From the NCBI GenBank assembly GCA_050251945.1, contig JBFWLW010000001.1:192001-256000 (forward strand): a DNA stretch of 64,000 nt. Direction: 5' to 3'. The DNA comes from Deferribacterales bacterium. Its GTDB lineage: Bacteria > Chrysiogenota > Deferribacteres > Deferribacterales > Geovibrionaceae. This document shows positions 26,781 to 38,152 of the stretch, one piece after another. How positions within the stretch are numbered: position 1 is the first letter of the stretch; each line of letters opens with the position of its first letter. A model generated the notes under the pieces. The model saw only the letters and a list, made by a program, of their open reading frames with translations, had not been told where the DNA came from and made no database searches. Made by a program: the position numbers and the translations under genes.

Positions 26781-28144
26781 TGCGCAAACATTTCGGAACG
26801 GACGGCGTAAGAGGACTTGCAAACCAGTTCCCCATGACGGCGACTTTCGCACTGAGACTGGGACAGGCTGCCGCCCGTCAGTTTTATACAGGCGGAAAGA
26901 AAACTCACAGAATAGTTATCGGCAAAGATACACGAATTTCGGGATATATGTTTGAATCCGCTCTGGTGGCAGGTATTACATCCATGGGGATGGACGTTGT
27001 CCTTGTGGGGGTTTTGCCCACGCCTGCCATTGCTTTCATCACAAGAAGTCTCCGCGCTGATGCCGGAGTTGTTATCTCCGCTTCGCATAATCCTTATTAT
27101 GACAACGGGATAAAATTCTTTTCCGGAACGGGACATAAACTTCCTGATGCGGTTGAGGCTGAAATAGAAAAATTTACAGACGAGCTTATAGAAACAGGCA
27201 ACGTGCCGCTTTCGGCAGAAAAGATAGGAAAAGCTTATCGTATAGACACAGCTATCGGGCGCTACGTTGAGTTTGCAAAGAATACGTTTGACAAAGATAT
27301 AGACCTTATGGGGCTCAAAATGGTGGCGGATTGCTCGAACGGCGCCACATATAAGGTTGCGCCACTCGCTTTTGAAGAGCTTGGAGCAAAACTTACAGTA
27401 ATTGGAAACGAACCCGACGGAATAAATATAAACGAGAACTGCGGGTCGGTGTACCCGAATGTGATGTGTGAAACCGTTAAAAAGAAAAAGGCGGACATCG
27501 GCATAGCTTTCGACGGCGACGGCGACAGGGTGATCTTTTCCGACGAAAACGGCGAAGAGGTTGACGGTGACATCATAATGGGAATCTGCGCCGCGCATAT
27601 GAAAGAGGGCGGTCTTCTCCACGGCGACACAATGGTCAGCACTGTAATGAGCAACCTCGGATTTGAGCGCTCCATGAACGGCCTGGGCATAGACGTTGTG
27701 CGCACCGAAGTCGGCGACAGATACGTTATGGCTGAGATGCTCAGAAGCGGTTATAACCTCGGCGGCGAGCAGTCGGGACACATTATATTCAGCGATTACA
27801 ACACCACAGGCGACGGCATGGTCAGCGCCATGCAGCTTTTAAAGGTGCTTGTCCGTTCAGGAAAACCCCTGAGCGAACTGAAAAAAATTATAGAACTTTA
27901 TCCGCAGACGCTTAAAAACTATAAAGTTAGTAATAAAATACCGCTTTCCGAACTACCAAAAACCGGAGCGGAAATAGATGCCGTTGAAAAAGCACTCGGC
28001 AAGACGGGGCGCGTTTTTGTCCGTTATTCTGGCACAGAGAACAAGCTTCGCGTTATGCTTGAGGGTGCTGATCTTGCCAGGATAGAGGAATATGCCGAGA
28101 ACATCGGGAGCGTTGCTCTTAAAGAGATAGAGGAGCTTTCATAA
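26777..28144 (+). CDS. glmM: Phosphoglucosamine mutase
   Basis: FGTDGVRG, ISASHNP, DGDGDR, GGEQSGH and RYSGTE. Confidence 0.97.
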   Translation: MMRKHFGTDGVRGLANQFPMTATFALRLGQAAARQFYTGGKKTHRIVIGKDTRISGYMFESALVAGITSMGMDVVLVGVLPTPAIAFITRSLRADAGVVISASHNPYYDNGIKFFSGTGHKLPDAVEAEIEKFTDELIETGNVPLSAEKIGKAYRIDTAIGRYVEFAKNTFDKDIDLMGLKMVADCSNGATYKVAPLAFEELGAKLTVIGNEPDGININENCGSVYPNVMCETVKKKKADIGIAFDGDGDRVIFSDENGEEVDGDIIMGICAAHMKEGGLLHGDTMVSTVMSNLGFERSMNGLGIDVVRTEVGDRYVMAEMLRSGYNLGGEQSGHIIFSDYNTTGDGMVSAMQLLKVLVRSGKPLSELKKIIELYPQTLKNYKVSNKIPLSELPKTGAEIDAVEKALGKTGRVFVRYSGTENKLRVMLEGADLARIEEYAENIGSVALKEIEELS

Positions 28145-28879
28145 ATGGTCAGACTGGGAATAAACATAGATCACGTTGCCACCGTTCGTCAGGCGAGACT
28201 GGCTGTTGAGCCGGATCCGGTTCATGCTGCTGTTCTGGCGGAACTGGGCGGCGCTGATCAGATAACTATACATCTTCGTGAGGACAGAAGGCACATATGC
28301 GACCGTGACCTTGCTATTCTGCGTCAGACAATCAAAACAAGACTGAATCTTGAAATGGCATGTACTGACGAAATGGTGCGGATAGCACTTGAAACAAAGC
28401 CCGACATGGTCACTCTGGTGCCTGAAAAGAGGCAGGAACTGACAACAGAAGGCGGTCTTAACGTAGTGGGCGGTTACGACGCACTGGCAGATAACGTTCA
28501 GAAGCTTAAGGACGGCGGTATATTCGTCAGTCTGTTCGTTGATGCGGATGCGGATCAGATGGAAAAATGCGCCGACATGGGTGCTGATGCTGTTGAGATA
28601 CACACGGGACACTATGCTGATGCTAAAGGTGCCGCACAGCGCGAGGAGCTTTCAAAGATAATCTTTGCGGGTGAAAAATGCCGCGAGCTGGGGCTTATAC
28701 TCAATTCCGGTCACGGGCTGAACTATCAGAACGTCGGCGAAATTGTTACTATACCGGGGATGAACGAGGTGAATATCGGTCACTCCATTATCGCCCGTGC
28801 AATATTCGTCGGTCTTGAAAGAGCCGTAAGAGAGATGAAAGAAACGATCCACAGGGCATTGATGGATGCTGGGCTGTGA
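28145..28879 (+). CDS. pdxJ: Pyridoxine 5'-phosphate synthase
   Basis: [29 protein letters not shown] and GHGL. Confidence 0.97.
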   Translation: MVRLGINIDHVATVRQARLAVEPDPVHAAVLAELGGADQITIHLREDRRHICDRDLAILRQTIKTRLNLEMACTDEMVRIALETKPDMVTLVPEKRQELTTEGGLNVVGGYDALADNVQKLKDGGIFVSLFVDADADQMEKCADMGADAVEIHTGHYADAKGAAQREELSKIIFAGEKCRELGLILNSGHGLNYQNVGEIVTIPGMNEVNIGHSIIARAIFVGLERAVREMKETIHRALMDAGL

Positions 28880-29210
28880 TATTGCCGAAGTCGGCAGGAT
28901 TGAAGCGGTATATAACAGACTTGGCAACCGTTTTCTGGACAGGATACTGACACTGCGTGAACAGGAGCTTTTTAAAGCGAAGGGAGCCAAAATGCAGTTT
29001 CTAGCCGGACGTTTTGCAGCGAAGGAATCAATTTCAAAGAGTTTTAAAACGGGTATCGGAGGCGATCACTCGTTTACAGACATAGAGATATTGAACGATG
29101 ATAAAGGCGCACCCCTTGTTTATATCAAGGGTATTCTGCGTTCTGATATTGAGATAAGTATTTCCCATGACAGGCATTATGCTATGGCTGTCAGCTTGCT
29201 TAAGAGGTAG
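28866..29210 (+). CDS. acpS: Holo-ACP synthase
   Basis: [14 protein letters not shown] and SISHD. Confidence 0.95.
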   Translation: MLGCDIAEVGRIEAVYNRLGNRFLDRILTLREQELFKAKGAKMQFLAGRFAAKESISKSFKTGIGGDHSFTDIEILNDDKGAPLVYIKGILRSDIEISISHDRHYAMAVSLLKR

Positions 29211-29213
29211 ATC

Positions 29214-29942
29214 ATGAGTGTTGTTGTTATCCCTGCCAGAATGGAGTCCACAAGACTGCCCGGAAAACCGCTGCGCAAGATCGCGGGTATCCCGATGATA
29301 CTGCGGGTTGCAGAAAACTGTCTGAAAACCGTTGCAGACAGAGTTATCGTTGCGACGGATTCAAAAGAGATTCTTGAAACCTGCGAAGGGTTTGCAGGTC
29401 TGGAATCCACAATGACCGCAGATGACATTCAGTCGGGGACGGACAGAGTTGCAAAGGTTGCAAAGTTTGTCGACGACGACATTATCATAAACGTTCAGGG
29501 CGACGAACCGTTCATCGACCCTAAACTTATCAACGAGCTGATAAATGACCTTAAAGAGAACCCTCAGGTGCTTATGAATACAGCCGCCTGCAAGTTTGCT
29601 GACGGTGAAGACGTAAAAGACCCGAACTGCGTTAAGGTTGTACTGGACAAAAACGGATTTGCACTGTACTTTTCTAGGTTGCCCATTCCTTATGACAGAG
29701 ACGGAAGGGGCGGCGTAACATATTATAAACACATCGGTATTTATGGTTTCAGAAAAAGCTGGCTGATGCAGTTTGCTTCTTTTGCGCAGACAGAACTTGA
29801 GAATATTGAAAAACTGGAACAGCTCAGGGCGCTGGAAAACGGCGTGAGCATAAAAGTTATAAAGACCGATTATAAGCCGGTGTCGGTGGACACCGAAGAG
29901 GACCTTATTAAAGCAGAAGAAATTATGGGCAGGAAAAACTGA
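29214..29942 (+). CDS. kdsB: CMP-Kdo synthetase
   Basis: [31 protein letters not shown] and [10 protein letters not shown]. Confidence 0.96.
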   Translation: MSVVVIPARMESTRLPGKPLRKIAGIPMILRVAENCLKTVADRVIVATDSKEILETCEGFAGLESTMTADDIQSGTDRVAKVAKFVDDDIIINVQGDEPFIDPKLINELINDLKENPQVLMNTAACKFADGEDVKDPNCVKVVLDKNGFALYFSRLPIPYDRDGRGGVTYYKHIGIYGFRKSWLMQFASFAQTELENIEKLEQLRALENGVSIKVIKTDYKPVSVDTEEDLIKAEEIMGRKN

Positions 29943-31564
29943 TGGCTAAGTTTGTTTTCACAACCGGAGGAGTTTTATCATCACTTGGAAAGGGTATTAC
30001 GGCGGCATCGCTCGGCGCACTGCTGGAATCCAGAGGCTATAAAGTAGCCATAAAAAAATATGACCCCTACCTTAACGTTGACCCCGGAACTATGAGTCCT
30101 TTCCAGCATGGCGAAGTATTTGTTACCGAAGACGGTGCAGAGGCTGATCTCGATCTTGGACATTACGAGAGATTTCTTAACTTCAATACATCGAAAGTCA
30201 GCAACGTCACCACTGGAAAGATATACAAAACCGTTATAGACAAAGAGAGAAGCGGCGACTATCTGGGCGGTACCGTTCAGGTAATTCCTCATATCACAGA
30301 CGAAATCAAAAACAACATATATAAAGAGGCCGATCAATACGATATCATAATTATTGAAATAGGCGGCACAGTGGGCGATATCGAATCACTGCCATTTCTT
30401 GAAGCCATCAGACAGTTTAAATTCGACGCAGGCGAGGACAACGTATGCTACGTTCACCTTACACTCGTTCCTTACATCAAAAGTGCGGGAGAGCTTAAAA
30501 CCAAACCCACACAGCACTCCGTTAAAGCACTGCGCGAGATAGGTATCCAGCCGGATATCCTTGTTTGCCGTTCAGAGTATCCGCTTGACGATTCCATAAG
30601 AAGCAAAATAGGTCTTTTCTGCAACGTATCAAAAGAATACGTTATAAATGCCATAGATGTGAGTACAATTTACGAATCACCCCTTTCCATGAGAAAAGAG
30701 GGCATCGACAGGCTTGTTCTGAAGAAATTTAAAATGGAAGAGCGTGAATCCGACACTTCTTCATGGGAAGACATCGTTCACAGGATTAAACAGCCCGACG
30801 ATGAGGTGACTATCGGTCTTGTCGGTAAATACATAGACCTTAAAGACGCTTATATCAGTATAAATGAATCGCTTATTCACGGCGGGATTGCTAATAAGCT
30901 TAAGGTCAACGTCAAACGTATTGACGCTGAAAAGCTTGAAAACGGAGCCAAACCGGACGCATTTCTTGCGGATGTTGACGGTATCCTCATTCCCGGCGGT
31001 TTCGGCGAGCGCGGCGTGGAAGGTAAAATAGTTGCTATAAACTTCGGACGCACAAAGGATATTCCTACTTTCGGAATATGTCTCGGTCTTCAGTGTATGG
31101 TCATTGAATTTGCCCGCAACGTTCTTAAAATGGAAGACGCGCACAGTGTGGAGTTTAACCCTAAAACTCCTTACCCGGTGATTGACTACATGAACGAACA
31201 GAAGAACATAAAACAGATGGGCGGAACAATGCGTCTGGGCGCATATGCCTGTTCTCTTGAAGAGGACAGCACCGCGTTCAAAGCGTACGGCACCAGAAAT
31301 ATTTCGGAACGCCACAGACACAGACTTGAATTCAATAATGTGTTCAAAGACGATATGATGAAGAACGGTCTCCAGATGACAGGTATAAACGAGGAGAGAG
31401 GGCTTGCCGAGATATTCGAGTCGAAATCCCACAGATGGTTCCTTGGATGCCAGTTTCATCCGGAATTCAAATCCAAACCGTCTAAGCCGCACCCACTGTT
31501 TGCGAGCTTTATTAAAGCGGCTTACGCTTACAAAAAAGACAAGGAAAACGGTAATATTGGCTGA
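29942..31564 (+). CDS. pyrG: CTP synthase
   Basis: [25 protein letters not shown] and QFHPE. Confidence 0.98.
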   Translation: MAKFVFTTGGVLSSLGKGITAASLGALLESRGYKVAIKKYDPYLNVDPGTMSPFQHGEVFVTEDGAEADLDLGHYERFLNFNTSKVSNVTTGKIYKTVIDKERSGDYLGGTVQVIPHITDEIKNNIYKEADQYDIIIIEIGGTVGDIESLPFLEAIRQFKFDAGEDNVCYVHLTLVPYIKSAGELKTKPTQHSVKALREIGIQPDILVCRSEYPLDDSIRSKIGLFCNVSKEYVINAIDVSTIYESPLSMRKEGIDRLVLKKFKMEERESDTSSWEDIVHRIKQPDDEVTIGLVGKYIDLKDAYISINESLIHGGIANKLKVNVKRIDAEKLENGAKPDAFLADVDGILIPGGFGERGVEGKIVAINFGRTKDIPTFGICLGLQCMVIEFARNVLKMEDAHSVEFNPKTPYPVIDYMNEQKNIKQMGGTMRLGAYACSLEEDSTAFKAYGTRNISERHRHRLEFNNVFKDDMMKNGLQMTGINEERGLAEIFESKSHRWFLGCQFHPEFKSKPSKPHPLFASFIKAAYAYKKDKENGNIG

Positions 31565-32528
31565 TAAAGACATTCTGCAGATAGGCAGAGAAACAATACA
31601 GAGTGAAATAGATGCGCTTTCCGCCATTAAGGACAGACTTGACGAGAGCTTTGTCAGGGCTGTTGATATAATCATGTCCTGCAAGGGCAGGCTTGTTATA
31701 ACGGGAATGGGCAAAAGCGGTATCATCGCGAGAAAGATAGCCGCCACCATGTCAAGCACAGGCACTCCGTCGCTGTTTCTGCACCCCGCGGAAGGAGTAC
31801 ACGGCGACCTCGGCATGATTGTTAAGGGCGACGTATGTATCGCACTGTCAAACAGCGGCGAAACGGCAGAAGTAATAAAACTCATTCCGCTGATAAAGCG
31901 TTTCAGCATACCGCTAATATCCATTGTCGGCAGAGTACCTTCGACTCTGGCGGATAGAAGTGACTGTGTTTTGGACGCTTCAGTTGAGCGCGAGGCATGT
32001 TCACTGAATCTCGCTCCCACTTCAAGCACCACGGCGGCGCTTGCCGTTGGCGATGCTCTCAGTGTTGCGCTCCTGGAAAAGCGCGGGTTCAGTGCGGACG
32101 ATTTTGCGCTTTATCACCCGTCAGGTTCACTTGGCAAAAGACTGCTCACCCGTGTGAATGACCTTTGCCATACAGGCGACAGTGTGCCCGTAATTGAGAA
32201 CACTAAGAAAGTTTCCGACGCTGTATTTGTAATGAGTGCAAAAGGCTTCGGGTGCACGGCGGTAACGGATGCCGACGGAAAGCTGACAGGCATTATAACC
32301 GATGGCGATCTTAGACGCGGACTTGAAAAATATAAAGATATTTTTTCTATGAATATAAAAGATTTACCGTTGAAATACCCCAGAACGGTTGAAAGGAAGG
32401 CGCTGGCTGCCAAGGCTTTGCAGATAATGGAAGAATTCTCCATAACGTCCCTTTTTTCCGTTGATGAGAACGGCAGACCGGACGGTCTGATACATCTCCA
32501 TGACCTGCTCAGGGAGGGTATCGTATGA
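31557..32528 (+). CDS. kdsD: Arabinose-5-phosphate isomerase (KpsF/GutQ family, SIS + CBS)
   Basis: [32 protein letters not shown] and a CBS pair. TTG start 31557 overlaps the pyrG stop. Confidence 0.93.
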   Translation: MADKDILQIGRETIQSEIDALSAIKDRLDESFVRAVDIIMSCKGRLVITGMGKSGIIARKIAATMSSTGTPSLFLHPAEGVHGDLGMIVKGDVCIALSNSGETAEVIKLIPLIKRFSIPLISIVGRVPSTLADRSDCVLDASVEREACSLNLAPTSSTTAALAVGDALSVALLEKRGFSADDFALYHPSGSLGKRLLTRVNDLCHTGDSVPVIENTKKVSDAVFVMSAKGFGCTAVTDADGKLTGIITDGDLRRGLEKYKDIFSMNIKDLPLKYPRTVERKALAAKALQIMEEFSITSLFSVDENGRPDGLIHLHDLLREGIV

Positions 32529-33019
32529 TAAAGCTCCTCGTGCTTGACGTTGACGGGGTTCTCACAGACGGCGGCATAATTTACGATGAGAACGGTGTTG
32601 AGACAAAGCGTTTCGACGTTAAGGACGGGCTTGGCATTAAGCTGGCTCAGAACTCCGGCGTTGAAGTGGCGGTCATATCCGGCAGAAAATCGAAAGTTAC
32701 GGAGATAAGATGCCGCGAACTCGGGATAAGGCGCTGTTTCACAGGTGTTAAGAATAAATCCGAGTGTTTTGATGCACTTGGAAAAGAGATGGATATAACT
32801 GCTGATGAAACGGCTTTCATCGGTGATGATGTTAACGATCTGGCTCTTTTGAAAAAAGCAGGATTTTCTGCAACAACTTCCGACTCTTTTGACTATATTA
32901 AGTCACAGGTGCATTATGTCACCCTCAGAACAGGCGGGCACGGAGCCGTGCGGGAATTCATCGAAAAGATTCTGGAAAAGAACGGCGTATGGGAAAATAC
33001 ACTAAACTCATTCTTGTAG
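32525..33019 (+). CDS. kdsC: Kdo-8-phosphate phosphatase
   Basis: DVDGVLTDG, KDG.GI, GDD.ND and GGHGAVRE. Confidence 0.94.
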   Translation: MIKLLVLDVDGVLTDGGIIYDENGVETKRFDVKDGLGIKLAQNSGVEVAVISGRKSKVTEIRCRELGIRRCFTGVKNKSECFDALGKEMDITADETAFIGDDVNDLALLKKAGFSATTSDSFDYIKSQVHYVTLRTGGHGAVREFIEKILEKNGVWENTLNSFL

Positions 33020-33525
33020 TATCGGTTTTGGTGCTTGCCCTTGGTTCGCTGACACTGTTTAAAAGCGACAAGAACAAGATCAAATTCGATCTGAAAGAGA
33101 ATGAAGTTGTAATAGACGATTTTGAGATGGGCAAGGTTCTGGACGAGCAGAACAACTTTTACAAGGTGACCGCCAGACAGGCGAGGATAAACCGCGAAAA
33201 GGAAACTGCTAAACTTACGGACTTTGGCGCTGTCTATAAAAAAGGTAAGACCGACGTTGAGCTTTACGCTCCGGTCGGTTATATGGAAAAGGAATACATG
33301 GTTAGCGTAAACGGCACCATAAAAGGTCGTTTCAACGAACTCGATTTTTCATCGGGAAAGGACGGACGCTTTCACTATGATTTCCTGACAGGCGTTGGCA
33401 CTATGCTCGGAAGGTTTGAAATAAGCCATAACGATGGCGCCATTTCCGCCGATAAGATGCTGATATTCTCGAAAAATAATTATGCGGAGTTCATTGGTCA
33501 TGTTCAGGTCACTTATAACAAATAG
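32989..33525 (+). CDS. lptC: Probable LPS export protein LptC (divergent)
   Basis: Single N-terminal TM plus beta-rich domain, located between kdsC and lptA. Assigned mainly by synteny. Confidence 0.7.
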   Translation: MGKYTKLILVVSVLVLALGSLTLFKSDKNKIKFDLKENEVVIDDFEMGKVLDEQNNFYKVTARQARINREKETAKLTDFGAVYKKGKTDVELYAPVGYMEKEYMVSVNGTIKGRFNELDFSSGKDGRFHYDFLTGVGTMLGRFEISHNDGAISADKMLIFSKNNYAEFIGHVQVTYNK

Positions 33526-33994
33526 TTTCGCTGCTCTGCTTTTGGTTTTCGCACTCACTGCACATTCTGCGGAGGGTGTTGTTAAACCTGCAGGCAAAAA
33601 ACCTGTAAAGATACTTTCCGATTACATGAAATACACAGGCGACGACAACGTATCCAGATTTTCAGGAAACGTTATTGTTACCGACGGCGATATGCGCGTT
33701 ACATCAGACTATATGGACGTATCGTTCGATAAACAGAACAACGTTAAGGAGATATATGCACAGGGAAATGTAAAGATTGAGAAAGAGGGTCTTTTAGCGC
33801 TTTCGGATAAGGCAAGACTCTATGCCGCAGAAGAAAAAGTAGTTCTTTTTAACAACGTCAGGGTTTGGCAGGGCGATAATTACCTTGAGGGTGAGAAAGT
33901 TACCCTTTATAATCAGAATAACAAGATATTTGTCGACCGCGGTTCAAACAAAAGGGTCAAGATCATCATAGCACCGAAAGAGGCGAAAAAGTAA
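33500..33994 (+). CDS. lptA: LPS transport periplasmic protein LptA
   Basis: Signal peptide, FSGNV.V, A.GNV.I, V.L..NV.V.QG.N.L.G and RVKIII (OstA-like). Confidence 0.88.
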   Translation: MFRSLITNSFAALLLVFALTAHSAEGVVKPAGKKPVKILSDYMKYTGDDNVSRFSGNVIVTDGDMRVTSDYMDVSFDKQNNVKEIYAQGNVKIEKEGLLALSDKARLYAAEEKVVLFNNVRVWQGDNYLEGEKVTLYNQNNKIFVDRGSNKRVKIIIAPKEAKK

Positions 33995-33995
33995 A

Positions 33996-34715
33996 TTGGG
34001 ACTTAAAGCAGAACACTTAAAGAAAGTATATAAAAAACGTGCCGTTGTTAACGGCGTCAGTATCTCTGTCAGCAAAGGCGAGATAGTGGGGCTGTTGGGA
34101 CCGAACGGTGCCGGCAAAACTACCACGTTCTATATGATCGTCGGGTTGGTCAGACCGGATGCCGGTTCCGTGTTCCTTCACGACGAGGACATAACGAAAA
34201 GTTCTATGCACAAACGCAGCCGCAGCGGTATAGCGTACCTTCCGCAGGAAGCGTCCATATTCCGCAAAATGTCTGTTTATGACAATATTTATGCTGCGCT
34301 GGAACTTAAATATGACGATAAGAAGTTTATGCAGGAGCGCACCGAGCTTCTCATTTCAGAATTCGGTCTGGAAAAGGTCTGGAAATCACAGGGATACGCC
34401 CTGTCCGGCGGTGAGAGAAGGCGTGTGGAAATTGCCAGATGCATGGCAGGCGAACCTGACATAATACTTCTTGATGAACCGTTTTCCGGTATAGACCCTA
34501 TATCTGTCAGTGACATACAGAAGATGATATTCGACCTCAAAAAAAGAGGTATAGGCGTTCTCATCACCGACCACAACGTTCGTGAAACACTTAAAATAAC
34601 TGACAGAGCGTATATTATAGCCGACGGCAGCGTGTTGACCCACGGAAAACCGCAGGATATAGTACAGGATCCGCAGGTCATAGACAGGTACCTTGGCAAG
34701 GACTTCTCATTGTGA
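33996..34715 (+). CDS. lptB: LPS export ABC ATPase LptB
   Basis: [34 protein letters not shown] and [10 protein letters not shown]. Confidence 0.97.
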   Translation: MGLKAEHLKKVYKKRAVVNGVSISVSKGEIVGLLGPNGAGKTTTFYMIVGLVRPDAGSVFLHDEDITKSSMHKRSRSGIAYLPQEASIFRKMSVYDNIYAALELKYDDKKFMQERTELLISEFGLEKVWKSQGYALSGGERRRVEIARCMAGEPDIILLDEPFSGIDPISVSDIQKMIFDLKKRGIGVLITDHNVRETLKITDRAYIIADGSVLTHGKPQDIVQDPQVIDRYLGKDFSL

Positions 34716-36145
34716 AAGGCGGCAAGCTTAACCTTGAAATAAGCGGTAAACTATCACAAAAACTTCACATCACGCCTCAGATGAAGCAGTCCCTTTCTAT
34801 TCTCCAGATGCCCATTACGGAGCTTCTGCAGGAACTGAACAGCTATCTTGAGGATAACCCGGTTCTTGAAGAATCCGAAAATAAAGAAACCGAAGAATCC
34901 GCCCAGTCAACGGAAGAGAAAAAAGAGGAAGAGCCGCTTCGCGAAGATACGGACGGAGACGATCTTGATAAGATAGATTGGGAAGAATTCTACCGTGACA
35001 ATAACGATATAACTTTTACTCCATCCGACGAGGAGGGATACGACCTTGAAAAATTCGTTTCAGGTGACAAGACCCTTTACGAACATCTCATAGAACAGCT
35101 TAAAATGTCGGGATGCCGCAGAGAAGTCGCTTTGGCGGCTGAAAACATCATCGGCAACCTTTCCGGCGAAGGATATTTTCTGGACGAGTTCTTTGAGGTT
35201 GCCCGGGACGTTGACGTTGAAGAATCCGATGTGGAAGAGGCATTGGAACTTGTTCAGACGTTCGATCCGGCAGGTATCGCAGCCAGAAGCCTGAAAGAAT
35301 GTATACATATACAGCTTTCTCAGTTTGACGTTGAACAGGTTTATGTGGAATTCATAGCAGAGATGCTTGAAAAACATGAAAAAGATCTGATAGCTTATAA
35401 ATATGACGAAATAAGAGCGTCCCTCTGTATCGAGGACGATACTTTTGAATATATGATGTTCCTTATGCGTAAAACCGATCCGAAACCGGGACTTAATTTC
35501 GGCGGCAGAGGAAATCAGGCGATAAAACCTGATGTTTATATTGTAAAAAAAGATGATGAGTACGATATTGTACTTAATGAAGAGGGAATTCCCTCGCTCC
35601 GGATGAATACCTATTACCTGAGCCTTCTTAAAAACAAAGCTCTGGACGGCGACACAAAGGAGTATATCGAAGAAAAAGTTAAAAACGCTCTCTGGCTCAT
35701 CAAAAGTTTAAATAAGCGTCAGAAAGCGATATATCGTGTCGTTAAAGTTCTGACCGAAGTCCAGACAGACTTCCTCGAAAAGGGCATAAACTACCTGAAA
35801 CCCCTTAAACTTAAAGATGTTGCCGATGAGACAGGATTGCACGAATCCACAGTCAGCCGTGTTACATCCGGTAAATATGCCATGACTGCGCAGGGACTTA
35901 TAGAACTTAAATCATTCTTTGTCAAAGGGTTGGACACCGATACCGGTGATATGTCCACCCAGAAGGTTAAGAATATGATAAAGGATATCGTTGACAGCGA
36001 GAATCCTGATAAACCTTTCAGCGATCAGAAGATAGTCGAGTTATTGAATGGTCAGGGCATCAACATTGCCCGTAGAACCGTGGCTAAATACAGAGATGAA
36101 CTCAGCATACCGACAAAATCACAACGTAAACGTATCAGGAGGTAA
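34712..36145 (+). CDS. rpoN: RNA polymerase sigma-54
   Basis: Gln/Leu-rich region I, HESTVSR HTH and RpoN box ARRTVAKYR. Confidence 0.97.
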   Translation: MKGGKLNLEISGKLSQKLHITPQMKQSLSILQMPITELLQELNSYLEDNPVLEESENKETEESAQSTEEKKEEEPLREDTDGDDLDKIDWEEFYRDNNDITFTPSDEEGYDLEKFVSGDKTLYEHLIEQLKMSGCRREVALAAENIIGNLSGEGYFLDEFFEVARDVDVEESDVEEALELVQTFDPAGIAARSLKECIHIQLSQFDVEQVYVEFIAEMLEKHEKDLIAYKYDEIRASLCIEDDTFEYMMFLMRKTDPKPGLNFGGRGNQAIKPDVYIVKKDDEYDIVLNEEGIPSLRMNTYYLSLLKNKALDGDTKEYIEEKVKNALWLIKSLNKRQKAIYRVVKVLTEVQTDFLEKGINYLKPLKLKDVADETGLHESTVSRVTSGKYAMTAQGLIELKSFFVKGLDTDTGDMSTQKVKNMIKDIVDSENPDKPFSDQKIVELLNGQGINIARRTVAKYRDELSIPTKSQRKRIRR

Positions 36146-36147
36146 GT

Positions 36148-36687
36148 ATGCAAATTCTAATCAACTCAAAAAACATCGCCGTCACCGATGCGATCAGGAG
36201 CTATGCAGAGAAAAAGGTGGGCAAACTCGAAAAATATTTTGACGGCTCAACAGAAGCTACAGTGCTTCTTGATGTTCACAAGAACCTGCATACCGTTGAA
36301 GTGTTGATCTCAACAAAAGGCGTTTTCATGAAAGGTCTGGAAAAATCTGAAGACCTGTATGCTTCGATTGACCTAGCAACTGATAAGATTGAAAAACAGC
36401 TTGTCAAATATAAAGAAAAGCTGAAATCCAAAAAACTTCAGGATAAAGAGTTTGAAGCGCCCCTTAGACTGAACGTATTTGACACAGCCAGTATTGAAAG
36501 CATGGACGAGGACAACAGGATCGTCATTACAAAAGATATCCCTGTTAAACCTATGGATATGGAAGAAGCTGTCATGCAGATGGATCTTCTTAACAAGCAG
36601 TTCTTCGTATTCAGAAATTCCGAAGACGGTCAGATTGCTGTTGTTTACCAGCGCGACGATGGCAACATCGGTCTGATAGAGGCATAA
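36148..36687 (+). CDS. hpf: Long ribosome hibernation promoting factor
   Basis: DLYASID..DKIEKQL.KYK and C-terminal PM..EEA..QM...F.VF...VY.R.DG. Confidence 0.94.
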   Translation: MQILINSKNIAVTDAIRSYAEKKVGKLEKYFDGSTEATVLLDVHKNLHTVEVLISTKGVFMKGLEKSEDLYASIDLATDKIEKQLVKYKEKLKSKKLQDKEFEAPLRLNVFDTASIESMDEDNRIVITKDIPVKPMDMEEAVMQMDLLNKQFFVFRNSEDGQIAVVYQRDDGNIGLIEA

Positions 36688-36695
36688 CGGAAATA

Positions 36696-37163
36696 ATGGA
36701 ACTTACTGAACTTGTCTGCGAAGAATGTATTGTCCCGGAACTGAAGGGCGATTCCAAGTCCGACGTTCTCAGGGAGATGATGAACACGCTGGCAAAAACA
36801 GAAAACAAAATAGATGCCGAAGCCGCCCTCTCTGCCATTATGGAGAGGGAGGCGCTCGGCAGCACCGGCGTTGGGGAGCAGGTGGCGATACCCCACGCCA
36901 AAATAGCCGATATTGAAGAAGTCGCCATTGTGATAGGCGTTAAACGCTCAGGCATTGAGTTTGATTCTGCGGACGGGAAACCTGTCCGGCTGTTCTTTAT
37001 GCTGATATCCCCTGCTAAGCAAATGAACATACACCTGAAAACTCTTGCCAAAATAAGCAAACTTGTCAAAATGACGGATTTTAAAGAACGAACGATGGCA
37101 GAAAAAATAACCGCTGAAAAGATATATGCTATACTTAGAGAGGAGGAGTCGCGACTGGGATGA
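36696..37163 (+). CDS. ptsN: PTS EIIA (Ntr/Fru-type)
   Basis: REALGSTG.G..VAIPHA with the phospho-His, and HLKTLAKIS. Located after hpf. Confidence 0.88.
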   Translation: MELTELVCEECIVPELKGDSKSDVLREMMNTLAKTENKIDAEAALSAIMEREALGSTGVGEQVAIPHAKIADIEEVAIVIGVKRSGIEFDSADGKPVRLFFMLISPAKQMNIHLKTLAKISKLVKMTDFKERTMAEKITAEKIYAILREEESRLG

Positions 37164-38152
37164 AAAGTGTACCTGTTGCCGAACTTGTCTCGCCTGATGC
37201 CGATCATCTGGGATTTAAGGTTTTATTCGGCGAAAACATACTTAATGAGAAACAGATAACGCATTTTCGCATCCAGAAGCCGGGTCTTGCCCTTGCAGGG
37301 TATTGCGACCATATACATAGCGGACGCGTTCAGATACTCGGAAATACCGAGGTCTCTTATCTCTGGACGCTCGATCCTGAACTCAGAAGACACGCAATGG
37401 CGGGCATCTGCAAGAAAGATGTCTGCTGCTTCATTGTTACGAAAGACCTGAAACTGCCCGACGAAGTCACAGAGACTGTCATGGCTTTTTCAATACCGCT
37501 TTTCAAAACCGACAGAGTAAGTTCGGAGACAATAATCGACCTTTCAGTGTTTCTTGAGGACAGGCTGGCACCCGATACTGTTTGCCACGGCGTGTTCCTT
37601 GATGTTTTCGGTATCGGAACGCTGATTACAGGCAGAAGCGGGATAGGAAAAAGCGAATGTGCCGTTGAACTTATCAAGCGCGGTCACAGGCTTGTTGCGG
37701 ACGATGCCGTTCGTGTTAAGCGTATACAGGACTATCTGGAAGGCTCAAGCTCCGACATGCTCCGTTATCACATGGAGGTCAGGGGGCTTGGCATCATAAA
37801 CATAAAGGACATGTTCGGCGTTGCCGCTATCAGACTGCGGAAAAAACTGGAACTTGTCATCGAGTTCACTGACTGGAACCCAAACGTTTCATACGACAGG
37901 CTGGGGCTTGATAACGTATACGAAGAGATACTCAGACAGAAGGTGCCGAAAATAATCCTGCCCATCAGCGCGGGACGCAATATGGCTGTTATCGTTGAGA
38001 TAGCCGCCAGAAATCACCTGCTTAAGATAATGGGTTATAACTCCGCGCAGGAATTTTCCGAAAGATTGATGCATACTATAAACGAAGGGGAATCCCAGAC
38101 GATAATTTCCGATGAACTGGAAAAACGTATGGGAAGAAGAGGGGTTGAATAA
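37160..38152 (+). CDS. hprK: HPr kinase/phosphorylase
   Basis: HG, G.SGIGKSE.A.EL..RGHRLVADD and MEVRGLG. Confidence 0.96.
   Translation: MKSVPVAELVSPDADHLGFKVLFGENILNEKQITHFRIQKPGLALAGYCDHIHSGRVQILGNTEVSYLWTLDPELRRHAMAGICKKDVCCFIVTKDLKLPDEVTETVMAFSIPLFKTDRVSSETIIDLSVFLEDRLAPDTVCHGVFLDVFGIGTLITGRSGIGKSECAVELIKRGHRLVADDAVRVKRIQDYLEGSSSDMLRYHMEVRGLGIINIKDMFGVAAIRLRKKLELVIEFTDWNPNVSYDRLGLDNVYEEILRQKVPKIILPISAGRNMAVIVEIAARNHLLKIMGYNSAQEFSERLMHTINEGESQTIISDELEKRMGRRGVE

Noticed and set aside
26525..27781. 418-aa minus-strand ORF
   Set aside because: Antisense shadow of cdaR/glmM with no protein motifs.
31404..31556. Long N-terminal extensions in the ORF track for kdsD (likewise folP, aroE, pgi, rimP, malic enzyme)
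   Set aside because: The extensions overlap upstream genes or leaders. Later starts fit family lengths better, and several have SD-like sequences.
30761..32032. 423-aa minus-strand ORF
   Set aside because: Antisense shadow of pyrG/kdsD, explained by codon bias in conserved genes.
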